Below, piece by piece: positions 24,663 through 36,343 of a stretch of DNA of 64,000 nt. Under the pieces are notes generated by a model. The model saw only the letters and a list, made by a program, of their open reading frames with translations, made no database searches and was not told the origin of the DNA. Origin of the DNA: Escherichia coli (GTDB lineage Bacteria > Pseudomonadota > Gammaproteobacteria > Enterobacterales > Enterobacteriaceae); NCBI RefSeq assembly GCF_044324785.1, contig NZ_CP172127.1. One strand, given 5' to 3'. Numbering within the stretch: the first letter of the stretch is position 1; each line of letters starts with the position of its first letter. Position numbers and translations under genes: made by a program.

Positions 24663-24695
24663 AAACCCATAATTATTTTCTGTAATTATGGGTTT
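24663..24695 (-). terminator. Perfect 13-bp inverted repeat hairpin between entF and fepE
   Basis: aaacccataatta / taattatgggttt with 7-nt loop, 16 bp downstream of the entF stop; flanks are AT-rich. Confidence 0.45.
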
Positions 24696-24710
24696 ATAGA
24701 TAATATAAAT

Positions 24711-27700
24711 TTACTTATTTAGCGTCGCCCGAATAATCGGCCCAATTTTTTCAAACGCCACCGGAGAGATAATATCCACATGCGCACAATCCTGACGATA
24801 GATATCCAGCTCATCAATCCACGGTGCCCAGGCCTGTTCAGGACTCATACCTTCCTGAAGCGTGCGTTCGGCAACAAATAGCGTCGCTTTACCATCAAAC
24901 GGTACGCTATGAGCTGTCGTCAGCAGGCGCACAGCATCAGCGTAGTTGCCTTCAATGGTGGAAAACAATTCCGTGGAAGTACTTCCCTGCTGTGCCGCCA
25001 GGAAGGCTTCGCGCTCGCGGTTAATCTCCGCCAGCACTTCCGGGTCCAGACCATTAGCCTCTTTTTCCTGCCAGTTTTGCGTTTCTGGCGGCCAGGTATC
25101 CAGCAAGCCAAGAAATGCCACCTGTTCGCCACGGGCACGCAGTCGCGCCGCAATGCCCTGCGCCAGCGTACCGCCAAGTGAATAACCCAGCAGGTAATAA
25201 GGACCGTGCGGTTGTTGTTCAAGTAACGTTGCCAGATGCGCTTCGCAGACTTCATCCAGGTTTGCCGCCGTCTGCATGGGGCCATGAGGGCGCGGCGACT
25301 GAATGCCGATAATCGACCATTGTGGATCGAGATAACGCGAAAGCACGCTAAACTGCCAGGCAAAACCGGATGCCGGATGGAAACAAAACAGCGTCGGGCC
25401 ATTACCTTCACGCAACGTCAGAATGGTTTCGAATCCCATGCGCTGGGTGCTGTCTTCTTCACCATCAATAATCGTTGCCAGTTTGGCGACAGTTGACGCG
25501 ACCATCACCTGCCCCGGCGTCACCTGACGAGCAAACTGTCGACTTAACTGCGCTGCCAGTTTCATTGCCAGTAGCGAATGACCACCAAGCGCGAAGAAGT
25601 CAGCATCGGCATCCTGCACGTCACAACCCAGCAACGACGCGAATGCCGCAGCGATAATCGTTTCACTGCCCGCTTTCGGCGCACACCCCGGCGCTTGTGC
25701 TTTCAGTTCAGGCAACGGTAAGGCTTTGCGATCCAGCTTGCCGTTGGCGCTAAGAGGTAACTGTGGAAGTTGCAGCAGAACCACTGGCACCATATGTGGT
25801 GGCAATGTTTCGCGAAGCTGCGCCTGTAATGCGCTGGTATCCAACGGCAGGCCCGATTGCGACACCAGATAGCCCACCAACTGACGCGCATCACCACCAG
25901 TGGCTGCCGCCTGGTTAATCACACAGGCGTGGGTAACGGCTTGTTCGACATCCGGCAGCGCCTGCATCACGCGATCAATTTCGCCTAGTTCGATACGCTG
26001 CCCGCGAATTTTTAGCTGATCGTCACTGCGCCCGAGGTACTCCACTGCGCCGTTATCCAGCCAGCGGGCCACATCGCCGGTACGGTACATCCGTTCACCT
26101 GGGGCAAAAGGATCGGCAATAAAGCGGCTGGCGGTCAGATCGGGTCGTCCAAGATACCCCTGCGCCAGTTGAATACCGGTGAGATAGAGATCTCCCGCCA
26201 CACCCGGCGGCACCGGATGCATCATCGCATCAAGAATACGCAGGCCCGTATTCCACACCGGATAACCAATCGGCACACTGCTGCCGCGCACCTGTGCCAG
26301 TTCCTCGCCAAAAGCCGGATACCAGCTGACATCTACCGCCGCTTCCGTCGGGCCATATAGATTATGCAACGGCGCGCCGGTTAACTGTTGCCATTCGCGG
26401 CATAAATCAGCGGGTAAGGCCTCACCACTACAGAAAACCTGTTTCAACGTCGCGCAATTCTGGCGAGCGGTTTGCGGAGTCAGCGATGCAACAAATGCCG
26501 CCAGCATTGAGGGAACAAAGTGCGTGGTCGTTACACCATATTCGGCAAAGAATTGCTGCATAGCGAGCGGGTCGCGGTGCGCTTCCGGTTCAGCCATCAC
26601 CAGTTTAGCCCCGGCAATAAACGGCCAGAAAAACTCCCACACCGAGACATCAAAACTGCACGGCGTTTTTTGGGCAACGACATCTTCGCCTGTAAGCGGA
26701 TAATGATTTTGCATCCAAAGCAGGCGGTTAACGATAGCCGTCTGCCCGACCATTACCCCTTTCGGCCTGCCGGTGGAGCCAGAGGTAAAGATGATATAGG
26801 CCGTGTGGTGCGGTTGTGAAAGTTTCAGCGGCGCACTGCCCTGTGGGGTAAGCGGGGCGTTATAGCAAAGGCTGGTTAAATCTGGAACATCGGCAAAGCG
26901 CGGCAGTTGATCGTCGGTGGTGATTAACAGCGACGGACGCGCATCTTCCAGCATCATTTTCAGGCGATCGTCCGGATAGCCGGTATCCAGCGGTAACCAG
27001 GCCGCACCAGCCTCAACAATTGCATGTAGCGCCAGAGTCAAAAAGACCGAGCGCGGTAGCGCCACCGCCACGCTGTCGCCTGGTTTAACGCCGCGCTCAC
27101 GCAGCAGATTCGCCAGCGCCACCACCTGCTCGCGCATTTCCCGATAGCTGAACTGGTAACGCGCATCTGCCAGCGCCGGAGCATCCGGTGTTTTTGCCGC
27201 TTGTTCTGCCACCAGCGCGCTAAGCGTGGTTTCTGGAATCTCAACCTGAGTGGCGTTGATATGCGCTAACTGCGCATACTCACCTGGCAGCATAATATCG
27301 ACATCGCCGCACAACAGCGCCGGATCCGCGGCGAACTGGGCAATCAGCATTTTCAGGCGTTCAGCGTGTTGAATTAACGTTGGCTCAGCGTAACGCTGTT
27401 TATTGGCGAGGATCTCAATACTCAAATCACCGTGTTCATCCGGGAACAGGGCCAGTTCAAGGTCATTAACCGGACCGGTTGCCAGGGTATGGGTTTGCGT
27501 CTGAACACCAGGAATATCCAGTTGGTAATCAAATACCTTGATATTGAGTACCGGACCAAACAGCGGTTCATCATCTGCCGCTCGCCCGCTGTCACGGACA
27601 ATTTGTTCGGCATCGTAACGTTGATGACGACGCATTTTTTTCAGTTGTGCTGCCAGTCGGGTTGCCAGTTGCGGCAGCGTTTCTTGCACCGCAATGTGAA

Positions 27701-28592
27701 TCCCCAGCGGCAAAACGTTGAGCACGGGTCCGGTAGCCGTCAGCGCCGCCGAGCCCAGTCGACGCATAAAGATAAATCCGGCGGCGTAGTCCATGCGATT
27801 GCACAATCGCCCCAGCCACAAAGCCGTCAGCGCAAGGGCTAAATCGGTACGCTGCACTCCTGAAAGTTGCATAGCCAGCTGGCGGAATTCCCCGTCGGTA
27901 AACTCCAGTTTCAGGCGCAAAATATCTGCCGAAGCGCTGCGCCCCGGTAAAGGTGCCGGAGAAAGTGACGCGGGCGGTGGCAGTTGACGACGCTGTTCCG
28001 CCCAGAATGCCGCATCACGCTGCCAGGCTTCGCTTTCGCGGTATTGCTGGTACTCTTCCACTACATCAGCGAAAGGCGTAAACGGCGAAGCAGGCGTTGG
28101 TTCGCCACGCAGCAATGCGCAGTAAATATTGGCGATCTGGCGTGTAATGGCCGGGAAACTGAAGCCATCGACCAGCAAATGGTGATAACGCTGATACCAG
28201 TACCAGCGGTTATCCGCCACCTGTATCAGCTGATGAAAGACCAGTGGTTTACCACTATCGACGCGCAAATCTTGTTGCAAATCCGCCTGCATTAATGCCC
28301 GCGCAGTACCGTGCGGATCAATGTTGGTTCGCAGGTCGATAATTTCTGGCAATTCGAACGTCTGCGCATCATCGACCCACTGCCAGACTTCGCCGTTATC
28401 TTCCGTAAAACGCATCCGCAACGTATCTGCTTGCGCTAGTCCGGCAACCACCGCGCGGGCCAGTAATGGCGCATCAACCTCTCCGGTTAACTCAACGTAA
28501 TGCGCCACGCTCCAGGCGGAGGGTAAATCCGACAGTTTTTCTGCCATCCAGATGCCGGGCTGTGCGGCGACCAAAGGTAAATGCTGGCTCAT
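24711..28592 (-). CDS. entF: Enterobactin synthase component F (NRPS: C-A-PCP-TE, serine-activating), 1293 aa
   Basis: Full ORF; NRPS adenylation motifs and thioesterase GYSLGG motif; recognised sequence. Confidence 0.97.
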   Translation of the reverse strand: MSQHLPLVAAQPGIWMAEKLSDLPSAWSVAHYVELTGEVDAPLLARAVVAGLAQADTLRMRFTEDNGEVWQWVDDAQTFELPEIIDLRTNIDPHGTARALMQADLQQDLRVDSGKPLVFHQLIQVADNRWYWYQRYHHLLVDGFSFPAITRQIANIYCALLRGEPTPASPFTPFADVVEEYQQYRESEAWQRDAAFWAEQRRQLPPPASLSPAPLPGRSASADILRLKLEFTDGEFRQLAMQLSGVQRTDLALALTALWLGRLCNRMDYAAGFIFMRRLGSAALTATGPVLNVLPLGIHIAVQETLPQLATRLAAQLKKMRRHQRYDAEQIVRDSGRAADDEPLFGPVLNIKVFDYQLDIPGVQTQTHTLATGPVNDLELALFPDEHGDLSIEILANKQRYAEPTLIQHAERLKMLIAQFAADPALLCGDVDIMLPGEYAQLAHINATQVEIPETTLSALVAEQAAKTPDAPALADARYQFSYREMREQVVALANLLRERGVKPGDSVAVALPRSVFLTLALHAIVEAGAAWLPLDTGYPDDRLKMMLEDARPSLLITTDDQLPRFADVPDLTSLCYNAPLTPQGSAPLKLSQPHHTAYIIFTSGSTGRPKGVMVGQTAIVNRLLWMQNHYPLTGEDVVAQKTPCSFDVSVWEFFWPFIAGAKLVMAEPEAHRDPLAMQQFFAEYGVTTTHFVPSMLAAFVASLTPQTARQNCATLKQVFCSGEALPADLCREWQQLTGAPLHNLYGPTEAAVDVSWYPAFGEELAQVRGSSVPIGYPVWNTGLRILDAMMHPVPPGVAGDLYLTGIQLAQGYLGRPDLTASRFIADPFAPGERMYRTGDVARWLDNGAVEYLGRSDDQLKIRGQRIELGEIDRVMQALPDVEQAVTHACVINQAAATGGDARQLVGYLVSQSGLPLDTSALQAQLRETLPPHMVPVVLLQLPQLPLSANGKLDRKALPLPELKAQAPGCAPKAGSETIIAAAFASLLGCDVQDADADFFALGGHSLLAMKLAAQLSRQFARQVTPGQVMVASTVAKLATIIDGEEDSTQRMGFETILTLREGNGPTLFCFHPASGFAWQFSVLSRYLDPQWSIIGIQSPRPHGPMQTAANLDEVCEAHLATLLEQQPHGPYYLLGYSLGGTLAQGIAARLRARGEQVAFLGLLDTWPPETQNWQEKEANGLDPEVLAEINREREAFLAAQQGSTSTELFSTIEGNYADAVRLLTTAHSVPFDGKATLFVAERTLQEGMSPEQAWAPWIDELDIYRQDCAHVDIISPVAFEKIGPIIRATLNK

Positions 28593-28807
28593 TGTGCCTC
28601 CTGCAACTGGGTGAAATTCGCCGGTGTCAGAGTACGCCAGTGGGCTTCAAGCCACTGCTGGCAGGACGCCTGTGACTGCGGCTGACACACAACGTCCCAG
28701 CCTGCCGGTAAGGCGCATTGTTGCGGCCACAGACTGAATTGCCCCTGCGCATTGCGCAAAATGTAAAACACGCCCTGCGGATCATCGAAGGGATTACTGA
28801 ATGCCAT
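28589..28807 (-). CDS. ybdZ: MbtH-like protein YbdZ, 72 aa
   Basis: ORF-track frame 28589..28813; start at MAFSNPFDDPQG...; overlaps the entF start by 4 nt. Confidence 0.88.
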   Translation of the reverse strand: MAFSNPFDDPQGVFYILRNAQGQFSLWPQQCALPAGWDVVCQPQSQASCQQWLEAHWRTLTPANFTQLQEAQ

Positions 28808-28809
28808 AT

Positions 28810-30012
28810 TCAACTCCTGTCATGGAAAAGTGGTTGCCAGAGGTCGATTAGCCCCTGCATCAAGCCACCGCGCCAACAAAGCGCATCATGTCCGCCGTCA
28901 ACCTGACGCCAGAAAATGGATTCTTTTATGGGGTGTAATTGCGCATACAGCGCCTGATTGGCCCGCATGATCATCGGCTCGCGAATACCCGCTTCCAGCA
29001 CAATGCGCAGACCTTCGGCGCTAACTTCACCAGCTTTAAGTTGCTCAAGTAAAACACCTTCTTGCTGCCCGCCCCGATGCGGCCACCAGTACGATCCTGA
29101 CTGGCTTAATACACAGCCAAAGCGTTCAGGCCAGTGCAGTCCGGCATACAGCGCGGAAAGCCCACCAAAACTCTGCCCGGCGACCACGGTGCGATCGGCG
29201 CGATCGCTAAAAGGGGCAATAGCTTTCACCAGGGGTAATAACTCTTGCTGTACTGCCAGCCAGAAATCCGCATTACACGGCAGTTCGTGGGCGCGGTGCG
29301 TGGTGTCGATAGCGTCGATCAACACATACACGGCGGGAGGAAGTTGCCGACGATGGGTCAGCGAAGTCAGCGCAGGCCAGACGGGCATACTCTGCGCCCA
29401 AAATTCGCCATCAAGCAAAACTGCCAGCGGGCGTTCTTCTGCTGTTGCATCGCCGGTGGTAAAAATCCATACACGGCGTGAATTTTTCAGCCGCTCACTT
29501 TTCCAGATAATTTCTTTGGCAGGCGTTTCTGGCGCTTGCGGACAATCCCATCCCGGTTGCAGAGGCGCTTGCGGCATTTCGAGTGCAGAAACAGCGTGCC
29601 CTCGCCCGCCTTTCCAGCTTTGTGGATTCAGCGGATCGGCTATCGCCTGGGGTAATAGTTTTCGCCAGCCTTCGCGTAATTCGAGGCGATCGGGGGATGG
29701 TGCAGAAAAAATGTCATCGCGTTCAGTAGGAATAAAGCAGTAGCTGCCGCGCCAGTTGGCATTGAGTTGTGTCGTCCACTGCCAAACATCGGTTCCTGCA
29801 ATTCGCTGCATCGACTGGGGCTGGCTGTTCTGATGGTGATCGGTCACACCAGTGATGTAGACCCATACCCGCTTTATCGTCGAGTATTCTTCAGAACCTT
29901 GGGGATCACGCCACCAGAAAGTGACCTCAAACATTTCGTCATTCAGACGCTGCCATTCCGGGCCATGTTTCGACTGCCACCAGCTCTCACTTCCTACTTT
30001 TAACGCCGTCAC
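28810..30012 (-). CDS. fes: Enterobactin/ferric-enterobactin esterase Fes, 400 aa (GTG start; alternative ATG gives 374 aa)
   Basis: Full ORF; esterase GQSFGG serine motif; recognised sequence. Confidence 0.93.
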   Translation of the reverse strand: MTALKVGSESWWQSKHGPEWQRLNDEMFEVTFWWRDPQGSEEYSTIKRVWVYITGVTDHHQNSQPQSMQRIAGTDVWQWTTQLNANWRGSYCFIPTERDDIFSAPSPDRLELREGWRKLLPQAIADPLNPQSWKGGRGHAVSALEMPQAPLQPGWDCPQAPETPAKEIIWKSERLKNSRRVWIFTTGDATAEERPLAVLLDGEFWAQSMPVWPALTSLTHRRQLPPAVYVLIDAIDTTHRAHELPCNADFWLAVQQELLPLVKAIAPFSDRADRTVVAGQSFGGLSALYAGLHWPERFGCVLSQSGSYWWPHRGGQQEGVLLEQLKAGEVSAEGLRIVLEAGIREPMIMRANQALYAQLHPIKESIFWRQVDGGHDALCWRGGLMQGLIDLWQPLFHDRS

Positions 30013-30064
30013 ACCATAACCCCATGTTTACTGTGCAATTTTTCATTGATTGCAGAAATATATT

Positions 30065-30083
30065 GATAATATTATTGATAACT
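30065..30083. promoter_or_regulatory. Fur box in the divergent fes / fepA promoter region
   Basis: gataatattattgataact matches the Fur consensus. Confidence 0.8.
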
Positions 30084-30254
30084 ATTTGCATTTGCAATAG
30101 CGTAATGGCGCGCCGTGGGAAGCGCGGACATTAATTAACCAACTGCACTGCGTGTCTTTCAGGATCAAAGGTTTTCGCGGTAGCGGGGTGCGTCGTATTG
30201 ATGACGACCATGCCCGACAGTTGCAATTCGTGGCAAAAATGCAGGAATAAAACA

Positions 30255-32495
30255 ATGAACAAGAAGATTCATTCCCTGGCCTTGTTGGTCAATCTGGGGA
30301 TTTATGGGGTAGCGCAGGCACAAGAGCCGACCGATACTCCTGTTTCACATGACGATACTATTGTCGTTACCGCCGCCGAGCAGAACTTACAGGCGCCTGG
30401 CGTTTCGACCATCACCGCAGATGAAATCCGCAAAAACCCCGTTGCCCGCGATGTGTCGGAGATCATCCGTACCATGCCAGGCGTTAACCTGACCGGTAAC
30501 TCCACCAGTGGTCAGCGTGGTAATAACCGCCAGATTGATATTCGCGGCATGGGTCCGGAAAACACGTTGATTTTGATTGACGGCAAACCGGTCAGCAGCC
30601 GTAACTCGGTACGTCAGGGCTGGCGTGGCGAGCGCGATACCCGTGGTGATACCTCCTGGGTGCCACCTGAAATGATTGAACGTATTGAAGTTCTGCGTGG
30701 TCCGGCAGCTGCGCGTTATGGCAACGGCGCAGCGGGCGGCGTGGTTAACATCATTACCAAAAAAGGCAGCGGCGAGTGGCACGGCTCCTGGGACGCATAT
30801 TTCAATGCGCCAGAACATAAAGAGGAAGGTGCCACCAAACGCACTAACTTTAGCCTGACCGGTCCGCTGGGCGACGAATTCAGCTTCCGCTTGTATGGCA
30901 ACCTCGACAAAACTCAGGCTGACGCGTGGGATATCAACCAGGGCCATCAGTCCGCGCGTGCCGGAACGTATGCCACGACGTTACCAGCCGGGCGCGAAGG
31001 GGTGATCAATAAAGATATTAACGGCGTGGTGCGCTGGGACTTCGCACCATTGCAATCGCTGGAACTGGAAGCGGGTTACAGCCGCCAGGGTAACCTGTAT
31101 GCGGGCGATACCCAGAACACCAACTCTGACGCTTACACTCGCTCGAAATATGGCGATGAAACCAACCGCCTGTATCGCCAGAACTACTCGCTGACCTGGA
31201 ACGGTGGCTGGGATAACGGCGTGACCACCAGCAACTGGGTGCAGTACGAACACACCCGTAACTCGCGTATTCCGGAAGGTCTGGCGGGCGGTACCGAAGG
31301 GAAATTTAACGAAAAAGCGACACAGGATTTCGTCGATATCGATCTTGATGACGTGATGCTGCACAGCGAAGTTAACCTGCCGATTGATTTCCTCGTTAAC
31401 CAGACGCTGACGCTGGGTACGGAGTGGAATCAGCAGCGGATGAAGGACTTAAGTTCCAACACCCAGGCACTGACCGGAACGAATACCGGTGGCGCTATTG
31501 ATGGCGTGAGTGCCACCGACCGTAGCCCGTATTCAAAAGCAGAAATTTTCTCGCTGTTTGCCGAAAACAACATGGAGCTGACTGACAGCACCATCGTAAC
31601 GCCGGGGCTGCGTTTCGATCATCACAGTATTGTCGGCAATAACTGGAGCCCGGCGCTGAACATATCGCAAGGTTTAGGCGATGACTTCACGCTGAAAATG
31701 GGCATCGCCCGTGCTTATAAAGCGCCGAGCCTGTACCAGACTAACCCGAACTACATTCTCTACAGTAAAGGTCAGGGCTGCTATGCCAGCGCGGGCGGCT
31801 GCTATCTGCAAGGTAATGATGACCTGAAAGCAGAAACCAGCATCAACAAAGAGATTGGTCTGGAGTTCAAACGCGACGGCTGGCTGGCGGGCGTCACCTG
31901 GTTCCGTAACGATTATCGCAATAAGATTGAAGCGGGCTATGTGGCTGTAGGGCAAAACGCAGTCGGCACCGATCTCTATCAGTGGGATAACGTGCCGAAA
32001 GCGGTGGTTGAAGGTCTGGAAGGATCGTTAAACGTACCGGTTAGCGAAACGGTGATGTGGACTAATAACATCACTTATATGCTGAAGAGTGAAAACAAAA
32101 CCACGGGCGACCGTTTGTCGATCATCCCGGAGTATACGTTGAACTCAACGCTGAGCTGGCAGGCACGGGAAGATTTGTCGATGCAAACAACCTTCACCTG
32201 GTACGGCAAGCAGCAGCCGAAGAAGTACAACTATAAAGGTCAGCCAGCGGTTGGACCGGAAACCAAAGAAATCAGCCCGTACAGCATTGTTGGCCTGAGC
32301 GCGACCTGGGATGTAACGAAGAATGTCAGTCTGACCGGCGGCGTGGACAACCTGTTCGACAAACGTTTGTGGCGTGCGGGTAATGCCCAGACCACAGGCG
32401 ATCTGGCAGGAGCCAACTATATCGCCGGTGCCGGGGCATATACCTATAACGAGCCGGGACGTACGTGGTATATGAGCGTAAACACTCACTTCTGA
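30255..32495 (+). CDS. fepA: TonB-dependent ferric enterobactin outer-membrane receptor FepA, 746 aa precursor
   Basis: ORF-track frame 30198..32495; start at MNKKIHSLALLVNLGIYGVAQA (signal peptide); TonB box DTIVVTA; terminal aromatic residue. Confidence 0.96.
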   Translation: MNKKIHSLALLVNLGIYGVAQAQEPTDTPVSHDDTIVVTAAEQNLQAPGVSTITADEIRKNPVARDVSEIIRTMPGVNLTGNSTSGQRGNNRQIDIRGMGPENTLILIDGKPVSSRNSVRQGWRGERDTRGDTSWVPPEMIERIEVLRGPAAARYGNGAAGGVVNIITKKGSGEWHGSWDAYFNAPEHKEEGATKRTNFSLTGPLGDEFSFRLYGNLDKTQADAWDINQGHQSARAGTYATTLPAGREGVINKDINGVVRWDFAPLQSLELEAGYSRQGNLYAGDTQNTNSDAYTRSKYGDETNRLYRQNYSLTWNGGWDNGVTTSNWVQYEHTRNSRIPEGLAGGTEGKFNEKATQDFVDIDLDDVMLHSEVNLPIDFLVNQTLTLGTEWNQQRMKDLSSNTQALTGTNTGGAIDGVSATDRSPYSKAEIFSLFAENNMELTDSTIVTPGLRFDHHSIVGNNWSPALNISQGLGDDFTLKMGIARAYKAPSLYQTNPNYILYSKGQGCYASAGGCYLQGNDDLKAETSINKEIGLEFKRDGWLAGVTWFRNDYRNKIEAGYVAVGQNAVGTDLYQWDNVPKAVVEGLEGSLNVPVSETVMWTNNITYMLKSENKTTGDRLSIIPEYTLNSTLSWQAREDLSMQTTFTWYGKQQPKKYNYKGQPAVGPETKEISPYSIVGLSATWDVTKNVSLTGGVDNLFDKRLWRAGNAQTTGDLAGANYIAGAGAYTYNEPGRTWYMSVNTHF

Positions 32496-32505
32496 TGCTA
32501 ACGCT

Positions 32506-32532
32506 TCCTCCCCCGATATTTGGGGGAGGAAT
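32506..32532 (+). terminator. Hairpin between fepA and entD (ttcctccccc / gggggaggaa), possible attenuator
   Basis: 10-bp inverted repeat with 7-nt loop, 10 bp after the fepA stop; no strong U-tract. Confidence 0.45.
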
Positions 32533-32544
32533 AATATAGTTGAC

Positions 32545-33165
32545 ATGAAAACTACGCATACCGCCCTCCCCTTTGCCGGACATACGCTGCATTTTGTTGA
32601 GTTCGATCCGGCGAGTTTTCGCGAGCAGGATTTACTCTGGCTGCCACACTACGCACAACTGCAACACGCTGGACGTAAACGTAAAACAGAGCATTTAGCT
32701 GGACGAATCGCTGCTGTTTATGCCTTGCGGGAATATGGCTATAAATATGTGCCCGCTATCGGCGAGCTACGCCAACCTGTGTGGCCTGCGGAGGTATACG
32801 GCAGTATTAGCCACTGCGGGACTACGGCATTAGCCGTGGTATCTCGTCAACCGATTGGCATTGATATCGAAGAGATTTTCTCTGTACAAACCGCAAGAGA
32901 ATTGACAGACAACATTATTACACCAGCAGAACACGAGCGACTCGCAGAATGCGGTTTAACCTTTTCTCTGGCGCTAACACTGGCATTTTCCGCCAAAGAG
33001 AGCGCATTTAAGGCATCGGAGAGACAAACTGATGCAGGATTTCTGGATTATCAGATAATTAGCTGGAATAAACAGCAGATCATCATTCGACTAGAGGATG
33101 AGCAGTTTGCTGTGCACTGGCAGATAAAAGAAAAAATAGTCATAACGCTGTGCCAACACGATTAA
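32545..33165 (+). CDS. entD: Phosphopantetheinyl transferase EntD, 206 aa
   Basis: Full ORF; recognised EntD sequence with a few substitutions relative to my recollection of K-12. Confidence 0.92.
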   Translation: MKTTHTALPFAGHTLHFVEFDPASFREQDLLWLPHYAQLQHAGRKRKTEHLAGRIAAVYALREYGYKYVPAIGELRQPVWPAEVYGSISHCGTTALAVVSRQPIGIDIEEIFSVQTARELTDNIITPAEHERLAECGLTFSLALTLAFSAKESAFKASERQTDAGFLDYQIISWNKQQIIIRLEDEQFAVHWQIKEKIVITLCQHD

Positions 33166-33185
33166 TTGACGACATCTGGTACGAT

Positions 33186-33687
33186 TCGCCCGCAGCCATC
33201 ACCGACCACGGGCGAAAGTGTAAAGCAGGTGCCTTACCACCCTGACCTGACAACCGGATATGCGGGGATTACTCCCCGCACAACGGCTACTTCTTCGGTT
33301 CGTAAGCGAGAACAGCCTTAAACTCAATATTACGTTCCTTCACCGTAAACTCACACAGCGAGTCTCCGACCAGAAGCGTAAATCCCAGTACCGTCAAACA
33401 CAGCACTATGACTGCCACAAGGGCATATTTCGTCAGCATGTTTATATTGCCTCCATGCGAAGAAGGGACTACCATCCAAATTGTCTGGTTTGGAGTGGCA
33501 GCCCCAGGGTTGATAGAAATATCTCCTGGGGCTTCATCTTTCCAGACCTCAGAGTAAACCTGAAACCGGAAAGCTTCAGGCACCCGCCGTTATCTTACCC
33601 TTCCTTAGCAAAATATCTGTTTATTTATACAGTGAGTCCTGTTTCGGACTTCTGTCGGCAAAACTCATCATTGCTCTTAAAACGAAA
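33186..33687. repeat. hok/sok-type toxin-antitoxin locus, tandem unit 1 (about 502 bp)
   Basis: Direct repeat of the following unit at a 502-bp offset, near-identical. Confidence 0.85.
33287..33439 (-). CDS. hokE: Hok-family membrane toxin (HokE-like), 50 aa, copy 1
   Basis: [50 protein letters not shown] at the C-terminus of ORF-track frame 33287..33583. Confidence 0.85.
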   Translation of the reverse strand: MLTKYALVAVIVLCLTVLGFTLLVGDSLCEFTVKERNIEFKAVLAYEPKK

Positions 33688-34165
33688 TCGCCCGCAGCCA
33701 TTGCTGACCGCGGGCGAAAGTGTAAAACAGGTGCCTTACCACCCTAACCTGACAACCGGATATGCGGGGATTACTCCCCGCACAACGGCTACTTCTTCGG
33801 TTCGTAAGCGAGAACAGCCTTAAACTCAATATTACGTTCCTTCACCGTAAACTCACACAGCGAGTCTCCGACCAGAAGCGTAAATCCCAGCACCGTCAAA
33901 CACAGCACTATGACTGCCGCAAGGGCATATTTCGTCAGCATGTTTATATTGCCTCCATGCGAAGAAGGGACTACCATCCAAATTGTTTGGGTTTGGAGTG
34001 GCAGCCCCAGGGTTGATAGAAATATCGTCCTGGGGCTTCATCTTTCCAGACCTCAGAGTAAACCTGAAACCGGAAAGCTTCAGACACCCGCCGTTATCTT
34101 ACCCTTCCTTAGCAAAATAGCTGTTTATTTATACAGTAAGTCCTGTTTCGGACTTCTCAATCCTC
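33688..34165. repeat. hok/sok-type toxin-antitoxin locus, tandem unit 2
   Basis: Second copy of the about 500-bp unit; diverges from unit 1 after about 34163. Confidence 0.85.
33789..33941 (-). CDS. hokE: Hok-family membrane toxin, 50 aa, copy 2 (V8A relative to copy 1)
   Basis: [50 protein letters not shown] within ORF-track frame 33789..33977. Confidence 0.8.
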   Translation of the reverse strand: MLTKYALAAVIVLCLTVLGFTLLVGDSLCEFTVKERNIEFKAVLAYEPKK

Positions 34166-34375
34166 ATTTGATCAACTGAAGCTGAACCCGTTTTTTTCTG
34201 CATGCCTCAATCGTCAAAATTCTTCGCCACCAGTCCGCACTGCCATAACTTGTCATATTGCAAAATGTAGCCAATTTGCTTCAGTCACCATCACCAAAAA
34301 AAAGAAACATTCCAGAACTTCCGCATCTCGCCCAGTCGCTCCCACTTCTATACTGAATAGAAAACGCCAACATAA

Positions 34376-35503
<1,128 letters not shown>

Positions 35504-35568
35504 GCCGGGAATTGCCTTACAGAAGAATATCCCTGACAATGGTGTTTTAACTTACATTTAACAATGTT

Positions 35569-35817
35569 ATGAAACACCCTTTAGAAACCTTGACCACCGC
35601 AGCAGGCATTTTGCTGATGGCTTTCCTTTCTTGCCTGCTGCTGCCCGCCCCCGCACTGGGGCTGACGCTGGCACAAAAACTGGTGACCATGTTCCATCTG
35701 ATGGATCTTAGCCAGCTTTACACTTTATTGTTTTGTCTGTGGTTTTTAGTGCTGGGCGCTATTGAGTATTTTGTTCTGCGCTTTATCTGGCGACGCTGGT
35801 TCTCGCTGGCGGATTAA
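35569..35817 (+). CDS. ybdJ: Small inner-membrane protein YbdJ, 82 aa
   Basis: Full ORF, two hydrophobic segments; recognised. Confidence 0.85.
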   Translation: MKHPLETLTTAAGILLMAFLSCLLLPAPALGLTLAQKLVTMFHLMDLSQLYTLLFCLWFLVLGAIEYFVLRFIWRRWFSLAD

Positions 35818-35881
35818 ACGTCGATTATCGCCGTACTTCGCGGCATACTTTGCTTATTCTCCTTCGCCTAAAGGAACGTTT

Positions 35882-36250
35882 ATGGATAAGCAATCACTGC
35901 ACGAAACGGCGAAACGCCTGGCCCTTGAGTTACCCTTTGTCGAGCTTTGCTGGCCTTTTGGCCCGGAGTTCGATGTTTTTAAAATTGGCGGCAAGATTTT
36001 TATGCTGTCGTCAGAGCTGCGCGGCGTCCCCTTTATCAATCTGAAGTCCGATCCACAAAAATCCCTGTTAAATCAGCAAATATACCCGAGCATCAAGCCA
36101 GGGTATCACATGAATAAAAAGCACTGGATTTCAGTGTATCCCGGCGAGGAAATCTCCGAAGCGTTACTTAGCGATCTGATCAACGATTCGTGGAATCTGG
36201 TGGTTGATGGTCTGGCTAAACGCGATCAAAAAAGAGTGCGTCCAGGCTAA
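35882..36250 (+). CDS. ybdF: DUF419-family protein YbdF, 122 aa
   Basis: ORF-track frame 35762..36250; start at [21 protein letters not shown]... Confidence 0.85.
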   Translation: MDKQSLHETAKRLALELPFVELCWPFGPEFDVFKIGGKIFMLSSELRGVPFINLKSDPQKSLLNQQIYPSIKPGYHMNKKHWISVYPGEEISEALLSDLINDSWNLVVDGLAKRDQKRVRPG

Positions 36251-36343
36251 AGCGGAAATCTATAGCGCATTTTTCTCGCTTACCATTTCTCGTTGAACCT
36301 TGTAATCTGCTGGCACGCAAAATTACTTTCACATGGAGTCTTT

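Noticed and set aside
24909-28295. Multiple 60-160 aa ORFs on both strands inside entF
   Set aside because: All are contained within the 1293-aa NRPS gene and are alternative-frame or antisense artefacts of GC-rich coding sequence.
33260-34016. Plus-strand ORFs (187 aa and 84 aa) spanning the hok/sok repeats
   Set aside because: Antisense to the hok genes and duplicated only because of the tandem repeat; the real features here are Hok and the sok/mok regulatory RNA region.
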